A DNA stretch of 64,000 nt from Eledone cirrhosa (lineage: Eukaryota), in contig OZ024752.1 in assembly GCA_964016885.1 (NCBI GenBank), positions 22,878,001 to 22,942,000 of the forward strand, read 5' to 3'. Position 1 is the first letter of the stretch, and each line of letters starts with the position of its first letter. A model generated the notes under the pieces. That model was not told where the DNA came from. It was given only the letters and a program-made list of their open reading frames with translations, and did not search any database. Made by a program: the position numbers and the translations under genes. Below, one piece after another: positions 52,150 to 64,000 of the stretch.

Positions 52150-55100
52150 TTCGACCAATCAAACCTCAGCATGCCCTCCCCCCATTACCAACCCCAACAA
52201 ACTCTGCCATTTCTACTACCTACCTCTCTCCTCACCCGTTACAGCCCCAACACACCCTGCCATTATTACCACCACCACTGTTCTTCTAGCCCTGAATTTT
52301 CCTTCCGTTATGTATGGATGAGCTGAGAATAAATGGAGCAACCCCGAATTAATAAATGAAAATGAATATGAATCTGCAAGCTACCAAGCACCCATGTGAA
52401 GCTTCAATTCAGAGACAGGAAACACACGCACACCCCTGCAAAAATCGATCCCTCCCCACGAATGTTGACAAATTGCCCAAAACTCCGAGTTGGTACCATC
52501 AATGTAAGCACAATGAAAGGAAGAGCAGGAGAAATCGTAGAGATGCTAGAGCGAAAGGAAATTGATGTATGCTGTGTGCAAGAGACTAGATGGAGAGGAG
52601 AGTCTGCTAGAGTCCTTGTAGGAAAATGTCAGTGCTACAAATTTTTCTGGGTGGGCAATGACGATGGGATGGGTGGTGTAGGTATCCTACTAGCTGACAA
52701 GTGGGTAGATAAAGTAATTTCAGTGAACAGGGTGAATGCAAGAATCATTAAACTCAGACTAGTCCTGAATAAACAATTACCACAATAATATCAGCTTACG
52801 CACCCCAATCGGGGTTGCCAGATGGACTTAAGGATAGGTTTTACGAGTCCCTAATGCACACTACTGCTCTAACAAACGACAATGACTTCCTAATCATTGC
52901 AGGAGATTTTAACGGACATGTAGGTAAACACTGTGACAGCTTCAATAGAGTCCATGGAGGCCATGGGGTTGGCACAAGAAATGAAGAAGGATTCAGGCTT
53001 CTAGAATTCTGCGACGCCAATGACATGTCGATATGTAACACAAACTTCAAAAAACCCGACAACAACCTGATCACCTATAGATCGGGGAAGCATTCTAGTC
53101 AGATAGGATGTGACATGGATGGTCGTAAACACAAAAGCCTTCCCTAGTGAGGAATGTACCTCCCAACATAGCTTAGTTGTCAGCGACCTCACGGTCAGAA
53201 CTAGACGAACCTGGAAACAAGCCAACCTGGAGAAGAAAGATCTGGAAGCTGAAAGACCCCTCAGCCAGTAACAGATTTAAAGATATTTTACTCAACGCCT
53301 ACGACAGTAAAGAAGAACAGATAGAGACATTCAATGTAGAAGAGCACTGGGAGTTCCTAAAAAATAACTTACTAGAGGCGACGGATGAGGTCTGTGGTTG
53401 GAGTAAGACCACAGGCAGGAGGATAGTGACTTGGTGGTGAAACAATAAGGTAGATGAGGCAGTTAAGGCCAAGAGACAGGCATGGAAAGAATGGAAGAAC
53501 GGGGGAATTAGAGTACATTACTTAGAGACCAGGAGGGAAGCTATGCGACAAGTATACTTAGCTAGGAGGGAAGCAGAGGATAGAAAATTAAAGCATGTTT
53601 TGCAACGTGAGGACCAGAAACAGCAGGTGTTCAAGATTGTGAGGCAGTGTGTCAGAGAGAATTGTGATGTCATTGAAGAGAAGTGTATCCAGAATGATAA
53701 AGGTGAGCTTGCTCTCACAAGTGTTGAGAAGAAAGATGCGTGGAAGAGCCATTATGATAGATTACTAAATGAGGAGAATGCATGGGAAGAAGAGACCCTA
53801 CACCAAGTAGACCCTATAGAGGGGCCGGCAGTACAAGTCAGCAGCAGCGTAGTAAGTAAGGCAATCAAAGATATGAAGACGGGGAAGGCAACCGGTCCAT
53901 CGGGTATAGCTGCCGAGATGCTGAAGGCATCTGGGTCTGTAGGTCACACTATAACCACACGTATTGTTAACCAGATAATACTAGAACGTGTCATACCAAA
54001 GGATTGGTGCAGTAGCATCATTGTCAACTGCTACAAAGGTAAAGGTGATGCACTAGATAGAGGAAACTATAGAGGTATAAAGCTGGTGGACCAGGTCATG
54101 AAAGTAACAGAAAGAGTTATAGCACAGTTGATTAGGGACCGGGTGAAACTAGATGAGATGCAATTTGGGTTTGTGCCAGGAAGAGGCACCACTGATGCCC
54201 TCTTCCTTGTGAGGCAGTTACAGGAAAAGTACCTAGCTAAAAGTAAGCCACTCTACCTGGCATTCATCGATCTCGAGAAACCCTTTGACAGAGTTCCCTG
54301 TGCTGTAATCTGGTGGGCTCTTAGAAAACTAGGAGTAGATGAATGGCTTGTGAAAGCTGTACAAGCCATGTATAGGGGAGCAGTCAGGAAAGTTAGGATT
54401 AGCAAGGAATTTAGCAAACAGGTCAGTGTCCACCAGGGCTCTGTTTTTAGCCCTCTCCTATTCATCATAGTCCTGCAGGCAATAACGAAGGAGTTTAAGA
54501 CCGGATCCCCATGGGAACTGCTGTATGCAGATGACCTCGCACTTGTAGCTGAATCTATGGTATAACTAGAGAAGAAATTCCAAACTTGGAAGCAGGGACT
54601 AGAAAGAAAGGGTCTCAAAGTCAACCTGACAAAGACTAAGGTCCTTGTAAGTAGACGAGAAAACAGAACCCAGATCCCCTCAGGGAAATGGCCTTGCTCA
54701 GTATGTAGAAAAGGTGTAGGTAGGAACTCCATTCTCTGCCCCAAGTGCAAACAATGGGTACACAAGAGATGTAGCGGATCTCAGGAAGCTTAACTTAGAA
54801 TGTAGCAGCTGTGCTGGGACAGCAAGCAGCAAACAGCCACAGGAAACAAGTACCACCAATCTCTGGGAGGGCTCTGTAGAAACAGTAGACAGCTTCTGAT
54901 ACCTAGGTGACCGAATTAGCAGCGGAGGTGGGTGTTCGGAAAGTACAATAACTAGGGTAAGAACGGGATGGAAGAAGTTCAGGCAGCTACTGCCACTGCT
55001 AGCTGCAAAAGGCTTTTCCCTCAAAATAAAAGGCAGACTGTATAATGCGTGTATACGAACAGCAATGTTACATGGTAGTGAGACCTGGGCACTGAGTGTG

Positions 55101-55736
55101 GAAGACTTGCGTAGATTAGAAAGAAACGAAGCCTGCATACTCAGATGGATGTGTAATAGTAATATACGCGAGCGGCAAACCATAAATGAATTGAGAGAGA
55201 GACTGAGCATAAGAGGAATCAACTGATGTGTGCAGGAGAGGCGGTTGCGTTGGTATGGACATGTGACTCGTATGAAGGATGACAGCTGCATAAAAATGTG
55301 CAGAGCACTAGAAGTCGATGGAAACCGCGGAGTGGGGAGACCCAAGAAGACCTGAGATGAGGTGATAAAAGTCGACCTTACCCAATTACACCTCTCAAAG
55401 GCGATGATACACGTCCGTGACCTCTGGCGTCACGCAGTAATACAGAATACTCGACCCCCCACGGGTACAAGCTGAAGCTGAAGCATATAGACAATATGCC
55501 ATGGCCCCTCCCACTGCAAAGTGGTCGTGGAGGGGCCACGGCAAAAAAGCACCCAGCACTCACTGTAAATGAGGTTGGTGTTAGGAAGGGCATCCAGCTG
55601 TAGAAATCAAGCCAGAATCAGTTCCCGTATGAGCAAGACAAGGTCAACCGACCGGACACTGCCCACAACAGGACAACCCGTCTAACCCATGCTAGCGTGG
55701 AAGAACGGACATAAAACGGTGATGATGATGATGATG
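52150..55736 (+). mobile_element. Near full-length RTE-clade LINE (APE, RT, PHD-like), decayed
   Basis: VGTINVSTMKGR...CCVQETRWRG, AGDFNGHVG, 340-aa RT ORF with ELLYADD, and (GAT)n tail. The 5' boundary is uncertain. Confidence 0.92.
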
Positions 55737-56483
55737 ATATTATTTTTCTTACCCTTCTTTCCTTACGTATATTTCCCCTTATTTTTCCAGCCTCACTTCC
55801 AATTTTTAACAGATTTTAAATCTCATTTCATATCTTTTATCTATAACATCTCTGTCTGACGACCGATCCAGACGTATATTATTATCGTCTGTGATCCAGA
55901 ACCTTTGGTAATGGAGTAGTTATATTTGTGTTATTCACTTTCTGATTACTTCTTCGAGTGGGTTATGGCTTACTAGCTCTATACGGATGTTTAAATTGAT
56001 TAAATAAATAAATAAATATATATATATATTCATCATCACCATTTAATGTTCACATTACACATTAGCATGGGTTAGAAGGGTTGTCCCAATTGAGGCAAGT
56101 TGGGGTCAGGTGACCATGCCTTGCTCATATAGAACTGTTTCTGGCTAGATTTCTACAGCTGGATGCCCTTCCTAACACCAACCTCATTTACAGTGAGTGC
56201 TGGGTGCTTTTTTCCGTGGCACCAACACGTCCACTTTACAGTGTGGACTGGGTGCTTTTTTTGCCGTGGCACCTCCACGACCACTTTGCAGTGGAATGAT
56301 AGGGACCCCAGTCCTATCATCTCATTTCTACAGCTGAGTAAACTGGGAGCAATGTGAAATAAAGGGTCTTGCTCAAGGAAACAACACATCACTCGGTCCG
56401 AGTATTGAACTCACAACCTTTCGATTGCAAGGCCAATGCTCGAACCACTAATCCATATTCCTCCATCATATATATATATATAT

Positions 56484-56563
56484 TTTTAATATAGAAAAGC
56501 TTCCTGATATATTTCTCACGAATGAAACAGTTCTAGTCCTGTAGAAGCTTTTCTATATTAAAA
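56484..56563 (+). ncRNA. Degenerate type I hammerhead-like motif with a perfect 20-bp stem I (core lacks G8)
   Basis: ttttaatatagaaaagcttc-CUGAUA...-GAAA-CAG(loop)CUG-UA-gaagcttttctatattaaaa. Confidence 0.55.
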
Positions 56564-56769
56564 CATTTATACTCTGCTATGTATTGAGTACCTTACTTAC
56601 TGTCGTTACCCCCGATTGAACCCGGAATAACTTATGCTTTTTTTGCCGTGGCACCTCAACAGAGTATATATTTATTTTATTACACAAGCTTATCAAAACA
56701 AACAAGTAAAAACAAATAACACTTATAAAGCAACTTATACACATCAGAAATGATTGGATTTCCTGGATT

Positions 56770-57910
56770 TGTGGTTGTAGTCCAGGTTGCATTCCCGCAC
56801 TAGCCCCCAGATATAGTCCCCCATCATTTTTTCATTGTAGTGGCTCTGGTACCTCCACTCTATCTCTTTCATATCTTGGTGGAATCTTTCGCCTTGTTCT
56901 TCTGACTAGGCGCCCAAATTATCCTTGAATTTTTCCAGGTGAGCGTCCAGCAAATGGAGTTTAAGCGACATCCTGCATCCCATGGCCCCAAAAGCCTTTA
57001 TCAGATCCTGCACTAGTTGCTGGTAGTTTTCAGCTCTGTAGTTGCCCAGGAATCCCTTAACAACTGCCTTGAAACAGTTCCATGCTGTTCTCTCAATCCT
57101 ATTGAGCTTATTGGAGAACTCGGTAGACTCAAACACCTTCTTTATCTGAGGTCCACTTTTGATTTTGGCCTCAGATAACTTGGGGAAGAACTCAAGAAAG
57201 TACTTAAAAGCAACTGATTCTTGGTTGAGAGCCTTCACAAACTGCTTCATCAACCCCAACTTAATGTGCAGTGGCGGCATGAGCACAATCCTGGGATCAA
57301 CCAGTGGCTCCCACATGATGTTCCGGGTCCCAACTACAAATTCTGTTCGCTGCTCCCAGTTCTTTCTTTTGTAGTCGTCAGAGGTGGCTCTGCTGTCCCA
57401 AAGGCAGAGGAAGCATTGAAATTTGATAAAGCCTCCTTGGAGTCCCAGCAGGAAAGCCACCATCTTGAAGTTTCCAATGATTTCCCAATTGTATTGGTTG
57501 TATTGCAGAGCTTCCAAGAGGACTTTGACACTGTAGTAATCTTCCTTCGGGTATACTGAATGAGCTAGGGGCAGTGTCGGGAACTTGTTTCCATTGTGGA
57601 GGAGGACAGCCTTCAACCTTGTGGTGGAGCTGTCTATAAATAGCCACCACTCCTTGGGCACAAACGGCACCCAATAACGTCAAACAGTCCAGGCACGTCA
57701 TGGCAGAAGCAGAGGCCATCCCTAAGAGTGTAAAAGCCTGACAAAGGTTCGTGTCGACTTCTCTGACTTGTCACCTGCACTTCCTCCTTGACCAAGTTCT
57801 ACTGCTTCATCCTGGAGACGAATAGCTCTGCATTGGACTTGGTCTGACCCATATCCCTGACCAAGTCATTGACTTCTTTTTGGTTTGGGAAGTGAGGAAC
57901 TTTTTCTGGT
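56770..57910 (-). mobile_element. DNA transposase fragment, Chapaev3 (CMC)-like
   Basis: WLFIDSS..LKAVLLHNGN, CFLCLWDSR, PPLHIKLGLMKQFVKAL and MSLKLH...EQGERFHQD. Family assigned from recalled motifs; TIRs not seen. Confidence 0.7.
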
Positions 57911-57963
57911 ACCCCAGTATCAATAAATCTCTTTAATCCAGTTTTTAACAATTTTATACTTTA

Positions 57964-58491
57964 CTAGCAGTAAAGCCCGGCGTTGCTCGGGGTCGCTCAG
58001 TAGCTGTGTTAAAGTTACAATGTTAAGTTTCTTTTTTGGTTTAAAAACTGTAGTGTCTACTGTGCAGACTTGCATGTGGTGTTTTTGATTAATATTCCCT
58101 CAACCAACAATATGCCTTATGAAGTTAAGAAAACATAACGATAACCCGAATGTTATAACAAAAGAGGATGCTGGGGATAAAAACTGCACTGGTTATTTAT
58201 TAACAAAGTTCGAAAATGTAAACACTGCAACGCAGAGAAAAACAACGTAAGACGCTCAATGTAAACAGAACAAAGGGAAATAACTCGTCACTTACGCTCA
58301 AAAATCGATACATTAGATTCGATTTCGTCACATAGGGTGGGTCAATTTGAAATATTTTTTCCGATGTCTTCGCTAGGGCTCAATGTACAAGTATAGCAAT
58401 TTCGGTGCAATTCCGTCAGAGATTCTAAGAGGGGATGTGTGCCAAAAATCGATAGACAGACAGACAACCACAGCTTTATATATATAGAAGA
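57964..58491 (-). mobile_element. Non-autonomous Helitron
   Basis: 3' CTAG with cccggcgttgctcggg hairpin; 5' TCTTCTATATATATAAAGC on the - strand. Confidence 0.75.
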
Positions 58492-59038
58492 TTGTACTTT
58501 TATAATTTTCTTTAGGTATTACTCTTTATTTTATAATTTTAATTTAACCTGAAACATATATAAAAAAAATCATTTAACATAAGCAAATTAAACTTACATA
58601 CAACGTAAAATCCAGCATACAAATAATTCTAGTGAATAGCTTAGAATTTTTACAAACCCAAACTTTTAACTGTTTAATAGCACTTTTTTAAATTTATTTG
58701 GGACCTAAGCAACACAAAAAAGTGATTACAAGCCAGGAACAGAGAAAACATTTTTTTTTGTTACACAGTGTTATATATAAAATGATAATGATAAATATAT
58801 ATATATTTATTTATTTATTTATTTATTTAATCAATTTAAACAACCGTATAGAGCTAGTAAGCCATAACCCACTCGAAGAAGTACATAGTATTTCTTAGTT
58901 GAAAACAAAAAAACAGTGAAAAAATAAGTGATTATAAAAATTAAAATAAAAATAAAAAAATAAATGAAATAAAATTATTTCATGCCACTCAACTAATTGT
59001 AATTGTTTTCTTTTCTTTTTCCTTTTCATATTTTTCAG

Positions 59039-59156
59039 AATAGTCTAATTGATGTTGTTGCTGCCATTAAATTATCAAAAATGACTGTAAGACGAATTAG
59101 GATAAATTTTTTTGCTGCATCAATTTACAATTTATTGGGCATCCCAATTGCAGCTG
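59039..59156 (+). CDS. ATP7: ATP7 exon: [40 protein letters not shown] (TM7, YN motif)
   Basis: tttcag|AAT acceptor and GCTG|gtaagt donor, 118 nt. Confidence 0.95.
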
Positions 59157-59169
59157 GTAAGTTTTCATT

Positions 59170-59790
59170 ATATATTAGAGGGCAGTGGATTGGCAGTATC
59201 GGTAGAGGATCGGACGCCATGCTTTGACGCATAGAGTTACGGCCCTTGCCATTCTGAGTTCAAATCCCGCCAAGGTTAACTTTGCCTTTCATCCTTACGG
59301 GGTCGATAAAATAAAGTACCAGTAATACACTGGCTAATTGCTGGCCTTGTGCTTAACGTAGAAACAATTATATATTAGAGGACAGTGGATTGGCAGTATC
59401 GGTAGAGGGTCAAACACTATGCTTTGCAGCATAGAGTTACGGCCCTTTACAGTTTGAGTTCAGATCCCACCAAAGTTAACTTTGCCTCTCATGCTTACGG
59501 GGTCGATAAAATAAAGTACCAGTAATACACTGGGATAATTGTTGGCCTTGTGCCAAAAGTAGAAACAATTATATATTAGTATCGGTAGAGTGTTGGACAT
59601 TATGCTTTGAGGCGTAGAGTTACGGCCCTTTACAGTTTGAGTTCAAATCCCACCGATGTTAACTTTGCCTTTCATCCTTACAAGGTCGATAAAATAAAGC
59701 ACCAGTAATGTACTGGGGTTGATTTAATCAACTTTCCCCTCTCCACCAAAATTGTTGACCTTGTACCTAAATCAGAAACCATTATATATT
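59170..59790 (+). mobile_element. Three tandem tRNA-SINE copies immediately after the TM7 exon
   Basis: Three units of about 200 bp separated by attatatattag. Confidence 0.85.
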
Positions 59791-60648
59791 ATATGTCATC
59801 AAGTGAAGGCATGTGGCTTAGTGGTTAAGGTATTTGGCATGCAATCGTAAGGACATAAGTTCGATTTCTGGCAGTGCGTTATGTCCTTAGGCAAGACACT
59901 TTATTTCACATTGCTGCAGTCCACTCAGCTGGCAAAAATGAGTTGTACCTGTAATTCGAAGGGCCAGCCTTATCACATTCTGTCACACTGGATCTCTGAG
60001 AACTACTTTAAGGATATGCATGTCTGCAGAATGTTCAGCCATTTGCATGTTAATTTCATGAACGGACTGTTTGAATTAACTGGAACACTCAACATTGTAA
60101 CCAATGGTGTGCGAGTTTATATATCAAGTGGTTGGTGATAGGAATGGCATCCTGTTGTAGAAAACCTGCTAAATAAGGCCTGGGAGAGTTGTTCAGCTGT
60201 GTCAAGAACATAACAGTGCTGGTGTCATGATAAAATGCACTGGGAGAATGCAGGAACATAAGTGAAATGCTGGCTTCTGGCCCACTCTGAGGTCAGTACT
60301 TCTGCTTTGAGTACTAACCTGGTGTGATGATGACTCATCCAACCCTTGCTAGTAGGGAAAGCAGATCTTAAATGCTGCTACTGCTGGTGCTGCTGATGAT
60401 GTTATTGGTGCTGCTTAACTCATTGTTCAATATAACATTCCTATTTAATTTATTTCGAAAGTTTATAGTGAAGAGCCACAATGACTATGAAATGAAAATG
60501 ACATTTTCCTTCCAGCAGGTCCTGTCAGAAGCAACCGTCTCCAACTGATCCAGCTAGATCCCCAAGGAAGACCAGCTCATGGATGTTATCCAACCGTCTT
60601 GCTTGGGGTCTACCCCTGGGTCTCCTGCCAGTTGGTTTTGCCCATAAG

Positions 60649-61015
60649 ATCTGTACAGTGATTCTTTCCTGAGACATTCTAACCACATGTCTACAGTATC
60701 GGAGCTGTGATGTCTCAATTTGGAGAAGTAGTGGCTCTACCTGGAGTGACTCTCAGATCTCTGAGCTACAAATCTATCCAGTGATTCTTTCCTGAGACAT
60801 TCTAACCACATGTCTACAGTATCGGAGCTGTGATGTCTCAATTTGGAGAAGTAACGGCTCTATCTGGAGTGACTCTCAGATCTCTGAGCTACAAATCTAT
60901 CCAGTGATTCTTTCCTGAGACATTCTAACCACATGTCTATAGTATCGGAGCTATGATCTCTCAATTTGGAGAAGTAGCGGCTCTACCTGGGATGATTCTC
61001 TGATCTCTGAGTTAC
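60649..61015. repeat. 123-bp tandem triplication within a LINE fragment
   Basis: cagtgattctttcctgagac recurs at 60656, 60779 and 60902. Confidence 0.9.
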
Positions 61016-61237
61016 GCAGTCTATTGAGTGACGTTACTCTGAAAAACCTTTGGAGGAACCCCATTACGGCCGCTTTTATTTGCGATCATATTATTTCAGT
61101 CATTACCCAAGATTCAGGACCATAGGCATAAATACTGAATTGAAGATAGGGAGTTTGGCTTTTACACCTACCTTCCTTTTTCTGATTACATCTTTCTACA
61201 TCATAAATTAGTTCTAACACTTTTTGTTTCTCTTCAG

Positions 61238-61340
61238 GTGTCTTCATGCCAGTTGGTCTGTCTCTAAGACCATGGATGGCTTCTGCTGCCATGGCATTAT
61301 CTTCTGTTACTGTTGTATCCTTATCCTTACTCCTTAAATT
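61238..61340 (+). CDS. ATP7: ATP7 exon: [34 protein letters not shown] (TM8, MxxS motif)
   Basis: cttcag|GT acceptor and AATT|gtaagt donor, 103 nt; translated by hand. Confidence 0.95.
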
Positions 61341-62139
61341 GTAAGTATCTATAATATTGTTCTGTGTGTGTCTGCGTATGTATGTAATGTATGAATGTAT
61401 GTATAAATGTATGTAATGTATGAATGTATATAATGTATGTATGAATATATGTATATATGTATATAATGTATGTATGCATTCATGCATTTCTGGTTTTATT
61501 ATTTTTCAAATTTTACCATCAGAGAAAGAGAGCTGGTTTCTAACACAGAAACAGGACTCTTTCATTGGAATTTAGAAATCAACTAGTTAATTATGTACAT
61601 GTGATGAACTGATAATTGAAATGGTTGTGAAAATGGTGGAAATTATGGCTAGAGATATTGGTAAATGGAGGTGGTGGGTATGGGGTGGTAAGGAAGAGGG
61701 CAACAGTGAAGAATATAAATTTTTATTGAACTAAAATTTCTTTTTAAAATTGTTAATCATTTTATGCATGTACTTTAGTTCAATTAACTCTTTAGCATTT
61801 AAACTGGCTGTATTCAGCTAGAATTCTTTCACCTCTTTCTGTTCTAACCAGGTATGACTGGCCACTCATACTGATGTTATGGTATTGTTCTCAAAATAAA
61901 TAACATTGAATTCTTTTCTGTGAGATTAACTTATTCAGTGATAATAAATAAAACACAGGGTCAACAATTTAATAAGATAAGGATTTAATTATTACAACCA
62001 ATCATTAATGATAAATCATTAAATGTTGCAATCTCTAGAGCTATGAAATTAACTGATGTTTTTATTAGGGTGGTTAATACCAAGAAGTGAGGAAACAGAA
62101 GTATTAAATTAATTGTTTAAATTTCTGATGATAATAATA

Positions 62140-64000
62140 ATATCACATTATGGATGCCTATAACAAAGCTACCCACAAAACAAAACAATAATAAATATAC
62201 TAAGAAAACAATGTGGAAACATAATGGACAAGAACCAACAAGGCCTACAAAAAATAAATTTTATACACAGATGTCCTTACAACATAATATTCTTTATTGA
62301 AATTGCGACCACATGAGTAAAATGCAACAAGTTAAAAATCAGCCGCAACACTACACAGAGTTTGAAATACTGGCAAAGTCACAAAGAATCCGGAGATATG
62401 AAAAGCGGCAAAAGTTTTTTCAACTAAATCAGTTGTTTCACTCCAACCCAAAACGACTCTACCAAGAACTTAATAGAAACAAAATAGAAGTCAATGTAGT
62501 CCCAAAAGTAAAAGAATTGGAAGAGTTCTGGAGAAGAATATGGGCAGAAGGAGAAAATAAATTACCATGCACAAAGCTAGAAAGAACAGCAAACATAGCA
62601 GACAAACAACTATGGGAGGATATTACAGCAGATAATGTGTCTATCACACTGAGAGGGGAAAGCAACTGGAAGGCACCAGGATATGACAAGATCCCCAACT
62701 TCTGGTTAAAATATTTAACAGGGACACATGAAATGGTGGCAAAGGAATTTAACAAAATTCTGATAGAACCAGAAAAAAACACCTGACTAAGGGGAAAATG
62801 ACCCTGATACCAAAAAATAATGACACAGCAAACCCCCCAAAATACATGCTTGCTTACTACATACAAAACCTTAACTTCAATACTATCACAGAAAATAACC
62901 AAACACCTGGAAAAAAACAACCTGCTCCCAGAAGAACAGAAAGAATGCTGCAGAGGTTCATATGGATACAAAGACCAGTTGTTAATAAATAAAGCCATAA
63001 CTGAAAACTGCCAAAAAAACAAAACAAAAAAACCTCAACATGGCTTGGATTGATTACCAAACAGTGTTCCCCATACACAACACACTAGCCATGAATAACA
63101 TTTATCAAACATGCCATGAGTAACAAACAATTCTGCTGATACAAACAAAAGATAAAGCAATAAAAACAACCTATACCAATCAACAGAGGCATATTCCAAG
63201 GAGACTCCCTATCACCACTGCTTTTCTGTCTAACATTAACACCACTATCTGCAACACTAAACAGAATTGTGCACAGGTATAAATGCTACAATAGAAAAAT
63301 TAACCATCTCCTACATATGTATGATCTAAAGCTGTATGCTACAAATGAAAAGCAACTCTAAACACTGCTCCAAACTACACAAATTCACAAAAGAAATAGG
63401 TATGAAATTTGGATTAGAAAGAATGTGCTAAGACAGCTCTGAAGAGAGGGAAACTAGTGAAAAGCAGTAATATCATGTTAGATAAAGAAACAGAAATAAG
63501 ATAACTAGATCAAACTCAAACATACAAATACTTAGAAATCAATTAACTAGATAAGATTCAATACACACAGACGAAAGAAAAGATTAGAAAAGAATACTAC
63601 AGAAGAATTAGGTTAATACTCAAAACTGAACTAAATGCAAAGAACAGGGTGATTGGCATCAACACTTTAGCAGTCCCAGTAATGAGCTACAGCTTTAACA
63701 TTTTGAACTGGACACTAAAAGAGCTAGCTGAAATAGATAGAAAAACAAGAAAAATAATGACTGCATTCAGAATGCACCAATCCAAAATCAGACATAGAAA
63801 GATTATACCTACCAAGAACACAAGGAAGAAGGAGCCTTATGCAACTAGAAAACTCTTATAAAATAACTACTGTAGGACTACAAAAATACCTAATAAAAAA
63901 CAAAGGAAAGCTAATACAAATAGCCATGAAACATGAACAAAACAAAACAACTGTTCCCGGTCTTCAAGGAAGCCAAAAAATTAAAATCAGAAAATGGACT
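62140..64000 (+). mobile_element. Decayed R4/Dong-like non-LTR retrotransposon (RT region), running off the window
   Basis: NWKAPGYDKIPNFWLK, EEQKECCRGSYGYKDQLLINK, INHLLHMYDLKLYA and INTLAVPVMSYSF; preceded by (TAA)n. Confidence 0.75.

Noticed and set aside
59170-59790. A/B-box sequences as tRNA genes
   Set aside because: No cloverleaf; these are SINE heads followed by the SINE body.

Overview
This is AT-rich, repeat-dense animal genomic DNA. The SINE/LINE tail repertoire resembles octopod cephalopods (inference from memory, not verified). The window lies inside one large + strand gene for a P1B Cu(I)-transporting ATPase (ATP7A/ATP7B-like). I traced 15 GT-AG exons, phase-consistent on each side of an assembly gap: N-terminal metal-binding domains, TM1-TM6, the A-domain TGE motif, and TM7 (YN) and TM8 (MxxS). 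The P- and N-domain exons are not visible and probably fall in the 200-N gap at 45057-45256. The main find is that the TM6 'CPC' copper-channel exon is present as two intact, same-phase, roughly 55%-identical tandem copies (43364-43555 and 44347-44541), a candidate mutually exclusive exon pair. The introns hold nested TEs: Helitrons, Penelope-like elements, a maT/DD37D element, a Chapaev3-like fragment, RTE LINEs with a PHD-like finger, an R4/Dong-like LINE, piggyBac-type MITEs and tRNA-SINEs. They also hold several unrelated type I hammerhead-ribozyme motifs, including a 310-bp retrozyme-like tandem/inverted array at 32161-33397. All coordinates were read by eye and element boundaries are approximate.
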